NCBI RefSeq assembly: GCF_009834535.1
Contig: NC_045696.1
Coordinates: 28,894,001-28,958,000, forward strand
Length of the DNA: 64,000 nucleotides
DNA from: Camelus ferus
Taxonomy: Eukaryota
Direction: 5' to 3'
A model generated the notes under the pieces. The model saw nothing but the letters and a program-made list of their open reading frames with translations. It did no database searches and was not told where the DNA came from. Shown here piece by piece: positions 1 to 13,026 of the stretch. Each line of letters opens with the position of its first letter. The stretch's first letter is position 1. The position numbers were made by a program, and so were the translations under genes.

Positions 1-189
1 GGTAAAGCTGTCCAAGAATATTTCCTCTTCATGACTAATTCATTTTCATGGGAGGTTTTATAAAAGAATCTCAGGGCTAATTTACGACTATCCATACGAC
101 TTTTGCTACTCCTTGCTATACAGGTTTGGTTTTCACTGTGGCAGTAAATATAGGTATTAATGAGATTTACAGTTAAAGGTTTTATATTT

Positions 190-1066
190 CATTGGTCGGG
201 TTTCAGTGAGGGAAAAAGAAACCACAATGGCTGTCTCAATTAAGAAAAGGGATAAACTGGGAGTTCGAGATTTGCAGACACTATTATATATAAAATAGAT
301 GAACAAGTTTATACTGTATAGTACATGGACTATATTCAGTATCTTGTAGTAACCTGTAATGAAAAAGAATATGAAAATAAATACATGTATGTATATGTAT
401 GACTGAACTATTGTGTGTCACACCAGGAACTGACACACTGTAAACTGACTATACTTCAGTAAAAAATTAAAAATAAATAAAAAAGAGAATATAATAATAG
501 GAATTTATTAACCAGGGGATAGAACACTGAAAAAGACCAGAAGGGAAGACTAAATTTGCAGTTAGTAACTGCAGAAAATACCTATGTCTGGGAGAACAGA
601 GGAAGTGAGGTTGTGGTATCTGAACTGGAAAGGTTGGAGAAGGGATCCACTAGGTTAGGAACCGACTTCTCAGAAGGGGTGCTGGGTGGCTGTGTTTGCA
701 GCTTGGAAGAAGGTCGTTCCCACAACCGGGACTCAGGCCTCTACGTGGCAGTACCACAGAGCTGGTGCCTCTGAGGATGCCAGGAGACTAGCTCTGCTAG
801 GGAAGAAAGAAACTGGACACCAGGGCAAACCACTGCTGCCAGGGAGAAGGATTTTTGCTCAGCAGGGACCAAAGACACAAGGAGAACCTAGTCTCCTTTC
901 ATTCTTCCAGACTTCCAATCTCACCCCCTGCCCTCTACTGGAGGACCCTAACAGGAAGCCAACTGATCATGAAGAAATGTCCTGTGTAGACTCCAGTGTC
1001 AGCGTGACAAAGCAGAGTACAGAAAGATGTATTTGGAGCTGGGAAATCATGACTTAATAACTCACA
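190..1066 (-). mobile_element. Ancient LTR (LTR78/LTR79-like), interrupted by an L1 3' tail at about 249-483
   Basis: The right end 'cagagtacagaaagatgtatttggagctgggaaatcatgacttaataactcaca' resembles the reverse complement of the LTR78/79 start as I recall it. GC content is higher than the flanks. The family name is tentative. Confidence 0.55.
249..483 (+). mobile_element. 5'-truncated L1 3' UTR/tail (Cetartiodactyla/camelid type)
   Basis: 'gggataaactgggagttcgagatttgcagac...acactgtaaactgactatacttcagtaaaaaattaaaaataaataaaaaa' is a typical L1 3' end with an A-rich tail. It is homologous to 19352-19511. Confidence 0.9.
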
Positions 1067-1518
1067 TAAAATTTTTAATTGTACAATTATGCCTGGAGTG
1101 CTCAACTGAGGTGAGGCTTAGGGTAACTGGGGTTGATAGAGGCAGTAATCACAGGTACGAATAAATGTGAGCTATGAAAATACCAGTACCAAATGGTAGT
1201 GTATAAAATTTTAAATACTCAGAAACAATGTTATATACATACTTCCAGTCATGTATATTTTTCAGTTCTTTTATGTACTAACTCCAAAGAAGAATTTAAT
1301 TACAAATTTTCATTATACTTGTGAGTTATAAATTTTTGTCCTACTACGGACAGTAAAATGGATAGTAAAATTTACACAAAGAAAAGAATGATTTTGTTTA
1401 ATTTACATCTATTAATTCATTAAAAAATTGCATCTGAAAAAGCAAACTTCATATGTGGGTTTTTAAGATCATGTAAAATATTATGAAATAATTCCATCTC
1501 TATATGTAGCTGAATAAA

Positions 1519-1544
1519 ATATATATATATATATATATATATAT
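1519..1544. repeat. (TA)n microsatellite
   Basis: Direct reading. Confidence 0.95.
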
Positions 1545-3114
1545 TTTAAGATGCTTCCAGATGTGCCCTTGTTTTTGTGGGCAAATCTTCCCTAGGATTT
1601 TCTTTTATGGCTCTTTGAAAATCAACTGTTAATTCTGCAGAGTTAAGGTTAGTGGTTGCATAAGCATTCCTGAGGGAAACAAGTACCAGAGCTTCTTGTG
1701 AAGTTAGCAGTTACAATCCATCCTATGCAAAGTTGCTTACTGAGAAGGAGATGAGCACATTTTCATAGGATCCAAGGAGCTGTCCCCGAAGAATGATTAA
1801 GATCATTTCCTTGTTGAGCTTTAATATTATTACTGCGGGCTGATGAAGTGAGATGGTTCCAACCAATGAGTGTTAGCAAGAAAGAGTCATAAAAATTCCA
1901 AAATGGATCATACCAGGAAAGATGATTGTCTATACTGACTTTAGACACAATTCCAGGGTTAGAGGTTTATTGGGAAGAGCTAGTTTCAGCCCACGTGTGG
2001 CTGAGGTGGAAAAGCTTCAACATCCATGTACATTGTCATCAAATCTGTTGTTTGGGATCATGCTGAGCATGAGTGTGCAAATTACGAAAACTTCAAACGC
2101 TGGGGTCGCTGAGGCCTGAGCAAGAGCAGTGAGTCTGAGGTTGACAGTGGCCAGTTTTCAATGGCAGAAAACGTAAATATGAAAGCATGTAAAAATCAGG
2201 AGCAAATATGTCGATAAAACTTTACTTTCCCCATTTGTGGATTAGAAACTGGACTAATGCTATTGTTAAACTAAGCTCCAGTATTCTGAGATGATTTTGG
2301 ACTGTGAGGACTCCTAATAAAATTATATGGTAAGGACTGAGTGATTAATAGGAAATCTAATGAGAGATCTGTATTTGTATTTCAATCCAATAAAGAATGC
2401 CCTAGCAGCTAGCATCTATGTCTCTCATACCAATTTCAGCATTGCAAGTTTTGCTGGTTGTAGTTATGTAAGAAATAAAGAACCCTTTATCTTCTATGCC
2501 TGTAAATAGACACAAGGAGGTTTAAAGCCTGACAAAGAGTCAAATACCTAGTCATGGGCAGAGATGGACTGAAAAAAAAAAAAAAAAAAAAGACTGATGT
2601 CATCTACAATTTATTCCAGAATACTCCTCCAGGACTCAATATATTCAGTAGAAGCACATAGTTTAAAACTGCCATTCAGTGCCATCACTGTTTGACATCA
2701 AGAAAAAGAGTGATTGAGGTAACACCAACTTAATATTTTATGTGTATTACCATAATGGCATATGTCTCATTCATCTTCTGATATGATTAATGTTTAGTAT
2801 GTAGAAAGTAATCAATAAATATTTGTGGAAAGAAGGAAGGGAAAGGAAAAGAAAAGTCAAGTCAAACTGCAAGTTTATCACCGTCAATTCAGGATCAATC
2901 CACAAACTGAAAAAAAGTATAATTAAGAATTGTTCCCTGAGTTAACACCTAACTAGAACCACTAAATCCTTATGCTTAATACTCATGTGCACCCGATTTC
3001 ATTCTAGAACTACTTATTACTTGTATTACACATTGAATAACAAGGAAATGGTAGCAAAGGCATATATCATAAAGGAAAAACCTGATGCAATTTATTATGC
3101 AAAAATAGAAATTC

Positions 3115-3260
3115 GGGGGAGGGTATAGCTCAGTAGTAGACCATGTGCTTAGCATGCATGAGATCTTGGATTCAATCCCCAGGACCTCTATTATAAATAA
3201 AGAAATAAACAAACAAACAAACAAACCTAGTTACCTCCTCTCAAAAAAAAATTTTAAAAA
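3115..3260 (+). mobile_element. tRNA-Ala-derived SINE (camelid Vic-1 type)
   Basis: Starts GGGGGAGGGTATAGCTCAG. A box TAGCTCAGTAG at 3126-3136, AGC anticodon stem 'gcttagcatgc', B box GGATTCAATCC at 3168-3178, (AAAT/AAAC)n middle, 'cctagttacctcc' then an A tail. Degenerate TSD aaaaatagaaatt / aaaaatacaagtt. Confidence 0.9.
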
Positions 3261-3554
3261 TACAAGTTTTGTTCCATAAATTTTTAGATACCATGAAATA
3301 AAACTAAAGGTGAAAATTACAAAAAATTATTAACTGAATAACAATAATTGTAAGAGATATGACAGATAACAAGATAAAGTCTTCTTATATAAATAACTTC
3401 TTCAATTCAGTAAGAGACAAAAGAAACAAAGGCAAGGGTGTGTGATAAATAAATAATAGATAGTAGTTAAATCTTCAGAATTTGTGGAGACATCAATGAT
3501 ATATGAAGTAAAAAAGAAAAAAGAGAGATTATTCATAAGTATGCAGAGCATCAC

Positions 3555-3567
3555 ATATATATATATA

Positions 3568-3636
<69 letters not shown>
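3555..3636. repeat. Compound (TA)n(TG)n(TA)n(CA)n microsatellite
   Basis: Direct reading; explains the YI-repeat ORFs 3402-3737 and 3567-3767. Confidence 0.95.
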
Positions 3637-5687
3637 TTACAATGATCTCTGGAAAGATTAAATGTCAAGGTTGGGTGAATAAACTCAAGGTTATTTTTTT
3701 TACAGTGATGATGATGATTATCTCTTTCTCTCTCCACTTCCTCTGCCTTTTAGCAAGTCTTTATTAGCAGAAAAAAAAAGTAATAAAATGAAAACTTTAG
3801 AGGAGAAAAATAACCGAATAAGGAAGAATTTCTAGTATGCAGCCATTGGTTGGTATTGAATCGATATTTGTAATTCAAAGAATGGAATAAACATAAAAAA
3901 GGAGCATTGTATACTACAAAAACATTGTGCTCTAATTACAAAGAGCAATAGATATGGTGTCAAATAAATTGGATTCAAAATATATTTCTGTGATGCCTAA
4001 CTGTGTGGACAAAGATATATCACCTAAAGGCCCGGTTATGAAGTGTCACCAATGTCTCTTAAGTTTTAGCATTTGTATGTGGTAGTAAGGGAGAAGTGCG
4101 GGGTAGGGATGATATATTCAACTTATTTTTTCTGTTCTTTGAATTTATTGTGTTTACTTACAGTTGTCTTGCTTTGTTTTTGATTTTTTTACAAATATAT
4201 TTATACTGGTCTTTGTCATCTATAAGATTTTCAATATATGGCAGTAAAATCTACCCATTATTTCCTTAATGATTTAGTTAGTCTTTACCTTTTTTTTTTT
4301 TTTGGTTATTGTTATTTGTTGTTTCAAGAAAGTCCTTCCAGCTTAAAAAAATTAGAAAAATAGTTGCAAAATATTTTCAGGTTTTCGTTTTTTACATTTC
4401 TCTCCAGTACAAATGAGATGTATTTTTCTTTGTGGTGAGGAACCAAACTGTCCCTTGTTTAAACAGAGAAATTATTTCCCAGCATCAACTTAGATTAATC
4501 TTACTAATTTCAAAATGTCACCTAATAGCGAAGAACATAATATATATCTTTTACGATAACAGGATCAAATAAGATAATGTATACAGAGTGCACATCCAAG
4601 TGCCTGATAACATAATGCTGTTCAGTTCATTGTTGTCATATCTGAACAACTTTAATAATTTTATAATAATCAATTCATTGTCCCTGAGGATTAACAAAAT
4701 GTGCTACATTTGACTTCTACATCTTTGGGAAAGTAGTACACTAAGTTTTAGTCTGTTATTCGTCACCTATAAAATAATGTCTAAATTTTTTAAAGAAAAT
4801 GGGATAGCGGGTCTTTCCCAAAAAAACCTACAGTTCCTTTGAGTTTCAGAATCTACCATTTTATAACTGTTTTGAATCACCAAAACTTGGACATATTCTG
4901 AGATATTTTAATGAGTTTATATTTACATATACTTATAATGAGCCAAAATGTACCATCTATACATTGCTAGTCTGTGTGAATACTGACAAGCATTTATAAG
5001 TGGCTTGGGACACAGATGCACTCTTTAATAAACACCCACGAGGCAAATCTTCTCAATGATATTCCTGTTTACGTTAAAACAAAAGAGGCAAAGAACTAAT
5101 AAATGAATTTAACTTTTCTGGATAATAAAGTTGTCTCAAATTATGAAACCTAACAAATTCTCTTAACTATACTTAGATTTTATAGCATGCATACTTCACC
5201 TTATTTTATTCAACAGAATTTCTGCTCAAGCTTATAACCTGAAAAAAGAGTGTCTTAGAATTTCCTACTGAGATAAATTAAAGAGAGCCCCTAATTGCTT
5301 GTCATTTTTTCCACAGAAAAATGTGACCTTCTTTCCCTCCTTTGAATACAGACAATGGGTAACTACGATGTTCAGTGGTGTGATGAAGAGACACTGTGTC
5401 AGTTTCGAGCTGGACTTTGAAAGGAGTAGAAGCTTCTGCACTGGTATCTCGAGCCCTAGTCCGTCACGTATGAGACAAAATGGAGACGCCTGGAGATGCT
5501 ATGCAAAGGGAAAGATGCCCACTGAGTCCAACCTTCGTGTCCACCAAAGCACTAACTAGGTAAGTGAGGGAAGAAGCCAGCATGGAAATGTTCTTTCACT
5601 TCCTGGCCCTCTAGTTTATGACACATACATTAGACACACACATTCCAGCCAAGTCTTCTCATATTTCCAGACTCAAAAAATTGTGAG

Positions 5688-5940
5688 CACATTTGTCCAA
5701 ACCCATAGACTGTACATCACCAAGAGTGAACCCTGATGTAAACCGTGGACTTTGGCTGATTATGGTGTGTCCACACAGGTTCATCATATACCTCTCTGGT
5801 GGGAGATGCTGATAAAGGGAGGAGGCTATGCATGTGTGGAGGCAGCGGGTATGTGACTAGATATAGGGGGTATAAGTACCTTCCTTTCAATTTTACTGTG
5901 AACCCAAAACTGTGCTAAAAATAAAGTTTTAATTAAAAAG
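5688..5940 (+). mobile_element. L1MC1/L1MC2-like 3' end
   Basis: 'acatttgtccaaacccatagactgtacatcaccaagagtgaaccctgatgtaaaccgtggactttgg...tactgtgaacccaaaactgtgctaaaaataaagt' matches the L1MC1-type 3' UTR. Degenerate TSD aaaaaattgtgagca / aaaaagttacaagca. Confidence 0.85.
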
Positions 5941-8900
5941 TTACAAGCAAAAATAAAACAATTCAGAAAGCAAGTATCTAAAGTGTGCATGATTTTATAA
6001 TATTCTTGTTAAAATATATTGGGGAATTGAATTTTGAGAATAAAAAATAAGTGAGAATCTGGTTTTGATATAAAGGGAATTTTGCATGTTTGAAGCTTTT
6101 TTTTAATTCAAAACCTGAAATGTTTAGATTATCTTGAACACCCAGAATATTTTGTTCTTATAATAATGTAATGCAAATACTTAGACATATGAAATTAGAT
6201 ATAACTAGTTTATCTAGTATAATTGTATATATATGTACTCTTAACACAACTAGTAAGCTAAGTCAAGCATATAAATCATTATCAAATAAACCTAAAAAAC
6301 ATACACCATTGCAAGTAATATTAATATTGTAGTTCCTAAACTGTGTGTAGATTCTAGCCTGAGAAACTGTTTTAGCTAATTTAGTTCATCTACAAAGTTA
6401 AATTATTGTTATTATGTAATATTTTCCCAATATACAGGATCTAAGATTATATAATGTTAATTAGAAATCAACATGAAAACTGAAATGCTTCCAGGCAGTG
6501 AATTATGCATATTGGACAAAATGTCTCATCAAAGATTTTATTTTTTTTCCTGCTGTCACTGATAAGGTAACTGCAACTGCCGAAGGCAGATGTTTACTAC
6601 GACGTACAATGCATGTAAACTGACTGTCAAAAAGCAGAGTTTGAGAATGTAGTCCATAGACAAGTGACTCTACGCAACTGTACGTGAGCAGAGATCCAGA
6701 TGTCCGACACTCCGATAAGAATGGGGTGGGCTTGATAGCAGAGAAACAGTGAAAGAAATGTAATGTGTTCATCTGAAAGGCCATCTCTATCCTAACAAGT
6801 GAATCAATACCACTGTGTAGTTGAATTTCATATGAATATTTACATCAAAAATTGCATTTTTAAAGCATTGGAAAATCCAAAATCTAAAAATTTTGCATTA
6901 AAAATCTTTGCATTTACTGGGATGCATTTTCCTAATGAGTAATAAAGTAGAATGGTTTTCATCAAGTCTCTTCCATCTTACTAATACAAAGATCATGATG
7001 TAATTTTAACTGTATTATCAATATGACTAAGGATCATAAGCACACAATCTCTCAACTTACACAAATATCTTATTAACTTCTTACTAATGTGTCGTGATAC
7101 ATTTCACAAAAGTAATTTGACTAAAGATTTTATAGTATTTTTTTCTGCTGTAGAGACCATTTAATTTGCTTTCACCACATATGATGCTGATACTAAATTA
7201 GTAACGTAAATTATCAGTGTAGGTCTCCTAAATTCGAGTAGGTTTTTAAAGAAATCATATTCTAAGTACTTTGGCAAATGTATTTCTCCCTTCAGTTTTC
7301 TTGGTAACAGCTAACACAACACATTTAACCATGAATTATTCCTGCAAGCATTATGTATCTATTGGTGTGATAAGCAAGCTGCAGCAAAGAGATATATTCT
7401 CTAGTAAGGTGTTTAGATTATATTCCCATTGCATACATGCAAGTGTTTGCCAAAGTAAATTAAGCTGGAAAGCTATCATTTTCTTGTTACTGATAAACTT
7501 CATCTGTATTCACTTGCATTTCCTTTTTAATATACATTTTACTATCAAATTTCTTCCACCTCTTTCTTTCCTTTGGGTTAATCTTTTGTTACTCTCTCTC
7601 ATTATAATGGTTTTAGAGAGTAAAGCATGTCTTATGAACCCTTACAAGAGTGCTGAGCAAGATAATTAACTTTTATTTTTTGTTCCCAACAGTTAATACC
7701 CATTTTAATAAACATAAACAAAACATTGTATTTTATTTCCTTTAAGTTATCTAATATGCCTTAGCCTTCCAGGGTGTCCAATTAATGTCTGACATTAAGG
7801 GCACCTCATTTTGATAAAGCTTTATAAGCATAAAGAAAAATAAGAGAACTTGGCAAAGTACTATGCACATAATATGGTTATAGTAATTATCACATTGTTT
7901 TCAAAATACTCATTTGTGTATCTCACCTCTCTATACCTGTAACCTCTCCAATGAAAAGAACGTATGTTATTCATAACTGGTCTCACGAGGGCAAATCTCA
8001 GTGTCTGCTACAATGGGAGTTCTGCAAAAATTATGGCTGAATAAATGGGTGGGTGGACGGAGAGATTGTTGAGTGAACAGAATAATGCATTAACTCCCTG
8101 CCAAAAGAAAGTTATGATAGAAAACTAGATTCCAGACATAAAAATGCTTCATACCAGTATGTATTATTAGAGAAATAAAGTGTCATAACACTTAGCATAA
8201 ATTTGGCCCACTTTTGTTCAGGGCAAACAGAAATAATTATATATAAGAAGGCATTTGAAATAATTCTGAAAGACAATCTAGAACAAAATCTTTAAATCCA
8301 CTGATGTCATCTCTCAAAAAGCAGCACTTAGACATGCATATAATTATACAAGTCAATCACTTACACAGAAGCATACAAGCATCCTGCAGAGGCAGAAAAT
8401 TGATAAGAATCAACAATTAACCTTTTTTCATCTATTCAAACATCTTAAGATTTTGAAATATAAGTTATCATGCTACACAATATCCTCTGGAATTTAGAGT
8501 GATGGCACCAAGGAAAAGGAACCATTTATTCTCTCTATTCAAAGCTACTGAAAGCAAGAGCAGAATTCAGAGAGCTAAATATAGTTTTGAAACCTGCTGT
8601 CACATCAATGCATTCAGCTGACTGCTCAGCCTTCTTTCCACTCGCCACATTGTGTGGCCCTACTGGTCAGTTTCACCTGTATTTTGTTCCTCCTCACGTG
8701 GCCCAGGTAGAGCTGCATTCTACCCTTGTATATGCTCATTAGTGATGAGGATGGCATTCACTGCAAGTGTGATTTCTCCAGATTTTGCCATTAAAGTGCC
8801 CACCTTACCAAGCTGTTCAGTTTTTTTCCAAGGAGACCACCCACTCCTACTTTTATGCCAAATTGCACATTAATGTTATTTAGCTTCAACATCTCGCAAT

Positions 8901-9139
8901 TTTCTCTCCCCTCTTCACACTCAATTTATTCATTTTCTTCATGCAGGTTCCTCTCTCTCCAGAGAGTGTCAACAAGTTCTACAAATCTTGGCTGGAGTAT
9001 TAATTACTGAGAAAGGTGGGGACAATCTTTTGTCAGTTTCCCACAGACTAAACAACTACATTATCTTCTCTCAGCTGTAAAATTCTGATGTGACTTGATT
9101 CACAGGAGGCCTAATCACCAACTAAACTGACATATACCT

Positions 9140-10460
9140 TTGATTAACAAATATTTACTGTACTAGGCACTGTGTAAGGCACATGGGGCAGAACAGTAAA
9201 CAAGAGAGACAATGTCTTTGCTTCCTGGTGCTTACATGATTGTGACTGAGTGAGGGTCAGATAGACAGTTAAGTTAACATACAAAGAAAATAGCAAATAG
9301 TGAGCAATATGTGGAAGAGGGGAAACAAGAGAGTAGAACATCTTTGAGCAAGACAATACGGATATTGTGGACTAGAAAATACAAGACTTGTGTGCCTTAT
9401 TCCTAAAGGAAAGGGCACTCCTACACTTGTTAAACCTTCAGTAATATATTTCAAATGGAGAAACAGAGTCCAACTCAGAGAAGATGAGAAAGAAATGTTT
9501 GTTTGTAGGGGGAAAAAAAAAACCAGTATTGTTGCCAGAATGTGTTATTCTCAGCTGCAGGAATGGAGAAAATGTTTGTGTAAAGAAATTCCACCTTGGT
9601 GGAATTACAAATACTCATATGTATAAAAGAAAAATATTTCTGCTGAGAAATGAATGACTGAAAAAAGAAGTTATATCTTCAGAAAAAGAGAAAAAAAAAA
9701 AAAGACCTTTCAACAGAGAAAGAGAAATACAAGGCCTCTCAGAGGAATAAATTCAGAAGTTTCCAGGAACATAAAGACCAGTGCATCTATAGTGTGATAC
9801 ATAAAAATGGAGTGGTATTAAGAGGAAAGAGTTAGAATAGGTCCAGATAAACCAGGGTAAAGGATGGGTTTTTATTTTAGAATGATGGAAATCTATTGGA
9901 TAACTTTAAGTATAGCTGTGATATAACCTGAAATATCAGTAAAAAATAATAAAGGTCGTTTATCATTCTACACATGGAATCGGTCAGCATGGAACACAAG
10001 AATGAAAGCAGGGGTGAGTTAGGAGGCTGCTGTGGAAGGTCAGGAAAGAAATAATTATGGCTTATCCCCAGAAAATGAAAAAGAAGGGACAAGTTTTGAA
10101 AATAACATTATAAAACTTGATAATTTAGTTAAATGCTGGATGGGAGGAAAGAGGAGAATAATGGATAATTCTCAACTACTTGGCTTTTACAACTGGCAAG
10201 ATAGTTGTTTTATTTCTGAGACAAGGAGGTCTGGCGGGAAGAGAGTATTTTGGCCACATTAAATTTAAGTTGTATATTAGGCATTAAAGGTGAAGTGTAA
10301 ACTGGATAGTAGAATATATGAGGTTAAACTCAGTAAAAGGTAAGAGCTGGAAAAGGTAAACCTTCATGTAAAGGAATTAACAGTTGTAATATTAAGGCAA
10401 TCACTAAAGGAGATATGCAGACAGGAAAAAGACAAGGACCCTGGAATGACTCATAGGGCA
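9140..10460 (-). mobile_element. L2 fragments (about 9140-9300 and 9770-10460)
   Basis: 'aacaaatatttactgtactaggcactgtgtaaggcacatgggg' is the reverse complement of the L2 3' end. Purine-rich L2 body such as 'ggtgagttaggaggctgctg' and 'ttggcttttacaactggcaagatagttg'. Confidence 0.7.
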
Positions 10461-10482
10461 ATATAATGTTAGGCATTGCAGG

Positions 10483-10905
10483 AGTGACTTATTGCAGGTA
10501 TAGGATATTACTACAAACTTAAAGGTTTAAAACAATGCAAATTTATTGTCTTAAAATTTTGGAGATCAGAGTTGAAAATGCATCAGCATGGCTTCTGTAG
10601 TCTTTAGAAAACAAATCATTTCCTTGCTTTTTGTAGCTTCCAGAAGCTGCTCACATTCCTGCGCTCTTGACTGTGCAAAACTTCTATGTCTGCTTATATC
10701 ATCACCTTTTCTGATTCTCCTGCCTCTTTCTTTCTCTTATAAGGTCCCTTTTGATTACACTGGGCTCACCTGGATAAACCAGCATAATCTCCCCATCTCG
10801 AGATCCTTAACTTGATCACATCTGCAAAGTTCGTTTTGCCATATTCAAAGGTTCTGGAAATTAAGACATGAACATCTTGGAAGGTCATTATTCTCATCTA
10901 TGACA
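10483..10905 (-). mobile_element. MaLR LTR, MLT1D-like
   Basis: 'gcttccagaagctgctcacattcctg', 'ttgattacactgggctcacctggataaaccagcataatctccccatctcgagatccttaacttgatcacatctgcaaag'. Confidence 0.85.
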
Positions 10906-11279
10906 AGCATGTAATAGAGTCTGGATTCAACTATGTGGCTTCAGAGTCCACATACTAGACTTCTTCTGGATATCAGTTACCCTTGGAATTACTGTGGAGA
11001 GAGGTGCAATTTTGGGAAGAAACTGTATGAGGCTAGAGTAGTAAATTTACAGAATTTTTAAGATGAAGGAAATATTACAGATCACCTAATCCCTCCCCAA
11101 TTTTTATAAAGATGAGAAAAATAATACTAGGAATAATTAAACAGAGTTAGTTAGGTCTCATTAATTCATGGTAAAAGTAGAACTTAAGTCCGGGTCATTT
11201 TATACATAGTTCATAACACCTCCCTCTTCATAGTACATCTGGCTTTTAATAAACTCATGTTAGATTGTAGACCACCATT

Positions 11280-11400
11280 GTCAGACTGCTTGGGTTTGAA
11301 TTCTGGTTCCATCCATTGTAAGATATATGACTGTGGTTATCTCTGTCCTTAGTTTCTGCATTTGCAAAACCGAGACAATAAGAGCACTTACCTACTAGCG
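11280..11400 (+). mobile_element. MIR SINE fragment
   Basis: 'cagactgcttgggtttgaattctggttcc...ctctgtccttagtttctgcatttgcaaaaccgagacaataagagcacttacct' matches the MIR core. Confidence 0.75.
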
Positions 11401-11965
11401 TATTTATCAGACAGCCTAGGGCTCATCAAAAGAACAGAATCAATAGAAGTGGTATCTAGTATGGGATTCCTTACATGGATTCAAATGATAATACTGTGGG
11501 GGATGCTGGAGAAATGAAAGGTCAGAAAAAGGAGTATGAATGTCCAAGCAGGAATCACCAGCCAGTCAGTCTGGAAGCCATTCATGCCCAGCAGTGAAAG
11601 TGGGGCTGGGAATTAGATTCAGTGCAGACGCCTATAGGAAGCTACTGTGCTTAGGTGGTTTTTGCCTCAGTGGGTCCACAACCAAGCCTCTGGGGGTGGG
11701 CCTAGAACTGCTGTTGGGCAGCAGATCCAATAGCTGGGAAGATGGCCTCTCAGGGGGCACAGCCAGGACATTTCAGAGCCCACTAGGCAATTCTGTGTCT
11801 ATCATGTCTTGGCATCAAAAGACCTCCTGAAAGTACTTCACTTCACTTCTGCATTTAAACCCTCTCACAAGTTTTTACTGTGGTCAAGTCTAACTCAGAA
11901 CTATATTAAGAAACAAGATTCTTGGAAATATACTCTACAGCTTAATCAAGTTGACACAATTAACA
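11401..11965 (-). mobile_element. Ancient ERVL-type LTR (LTR50/LTR52-like)
   Basis: GC-richer block ending 'gattcttggaaatatactctacagcttaatcaagttgacaca', which resembles old ERVL LTR termini. Subfamily and strand are uncertain. Confidence 0.5.
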
Positions 11966-12368
11966 AGTACCATTTTCATTAGTATACACACTTTTTTTTT
12001 TACAAGTGAGAGGCTAATAAATTTGATGCAAAAATCCAATATTTCACAATGGATCTAAATTGTCAATAGATGACATTCTTTAAAATTCAGAAGACCACTT
12101 AGAAATAAACTGTATAAAAGGTACGAATATATATGTTTCTGACAATGTAAGAAAGTTTCCCTGAAGAAAATTAGAGACCTATTTATGGATAAACTGTATT
12201 GTTTAAGAAATGTTTTATACTTTTGGGGGATGTGTACTTATGTGTAACTATGCCTTTATTTCTTAATTTCTATTTTAAACAAAGCATTTTTTCATCAAGT
12301 AAAACAAAAATTTTTCAGTTACTAGAGATACAGAAATGCTCAATTACATATTATATTGATTATCCAAC

Positions 12369-13026
12369 TGTTAGAGCAGGCAGATACCTAGACAGGAGCA
12401 GAGAAAGGGGGACACAGAACAAATTGCAGGAATTGGGCACAAAGGAGGCACACAAGCCAAATGCAGGAAACCACACATCACGTAAGCACCAGGGGTTCCT
12501 GCGCAGAGAAAGAAAAGCAGGAACCTTTGGGCTGGTAAGGGATCACACCTTTTGGGGTTATGAATGGCCTGGAGAAGAACAAAGAAAGGTGAGAAAAGGC
12601 AGGAATTTCCAGTATCCAAATGTAATCCTTTACTCATTATGCCCTCATTTCAATAAAATTAGCCTTGCAGATCAGAAGTACCCATCATGCACCGATGCCA
12701 TGACACTTTCGATCCAGACTAAATAAGGACAAAAATCCCTCCTCCTTTTGGGAAGGTGGAGTTGGGATGATAATCAGGGAACACGACCCCAAACCCTTCC
12801 CTCCCCAGTGAACATTCCGCCCATTCAATTTTACACCCTATGTAACTCACTTGCCAAAGAAACTCAGGGCAGCCGCTCCCCTGAGCCTGCCCGCTCTCCC
12901 CTTGAGAGTGTACTATCCATCCTTTAATAAATCCTCACTTTACTTTTTTAACCACTACATCTTATCTCTGAATTCTTTCTGGGACAGGACAAGAACGCGG
13001 AACACCGGTTGCATCTACCAGCAACA
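12369..13026 (+). mobile_element. ERV1-like solo LTR (658 bp)
   Basis: TGTT...AACA termini; 4-bp TSD CAAC/CAAT; TATA-like 'ccctatgtaa' at about 12836-12845; AATAAA at 12926-12931; no PBS or internal sequence adjacent. Confidence 0.88.

Noticed and set aside
3115..3190. tRNA-Ala(AGC) gene (also 46935-47011 on the minus strand)
   Set aside because: Both continue into a SINE body, A-tail and TSD, and the first has mutated A/B boxes. They are SINE heads, not tRNA genes.
3402..3767. YI-repeat ORFs on both strands
   Set aside because: Translation of a (TA)n microsatellite.
5190..5250. Minus-strand coding micro-exon after 'ctcttttttcag'
   Set aside because: Stops in all three frames and only a weak donor.
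6196..6216. Near-palindrome tagatataactagtttatcta
   Set aside because: Short, AT-rich and bulged; expected by chance.
7271..7669. 132-aa hydrophobic ORF
   Set aside because: Composition reflects T-rich DNA; TTG start; no recognisable family.
11745..11762. CTCF-like motif 'cctctcagggggcacag'
   Set aside because: Three mismatches in the 5' core and located within an old LTR; too weak.
12199..12726. 175-aa ORF
   Set aside because: Non-ATG start, spans an LTR boundary and has no recognisable domain.
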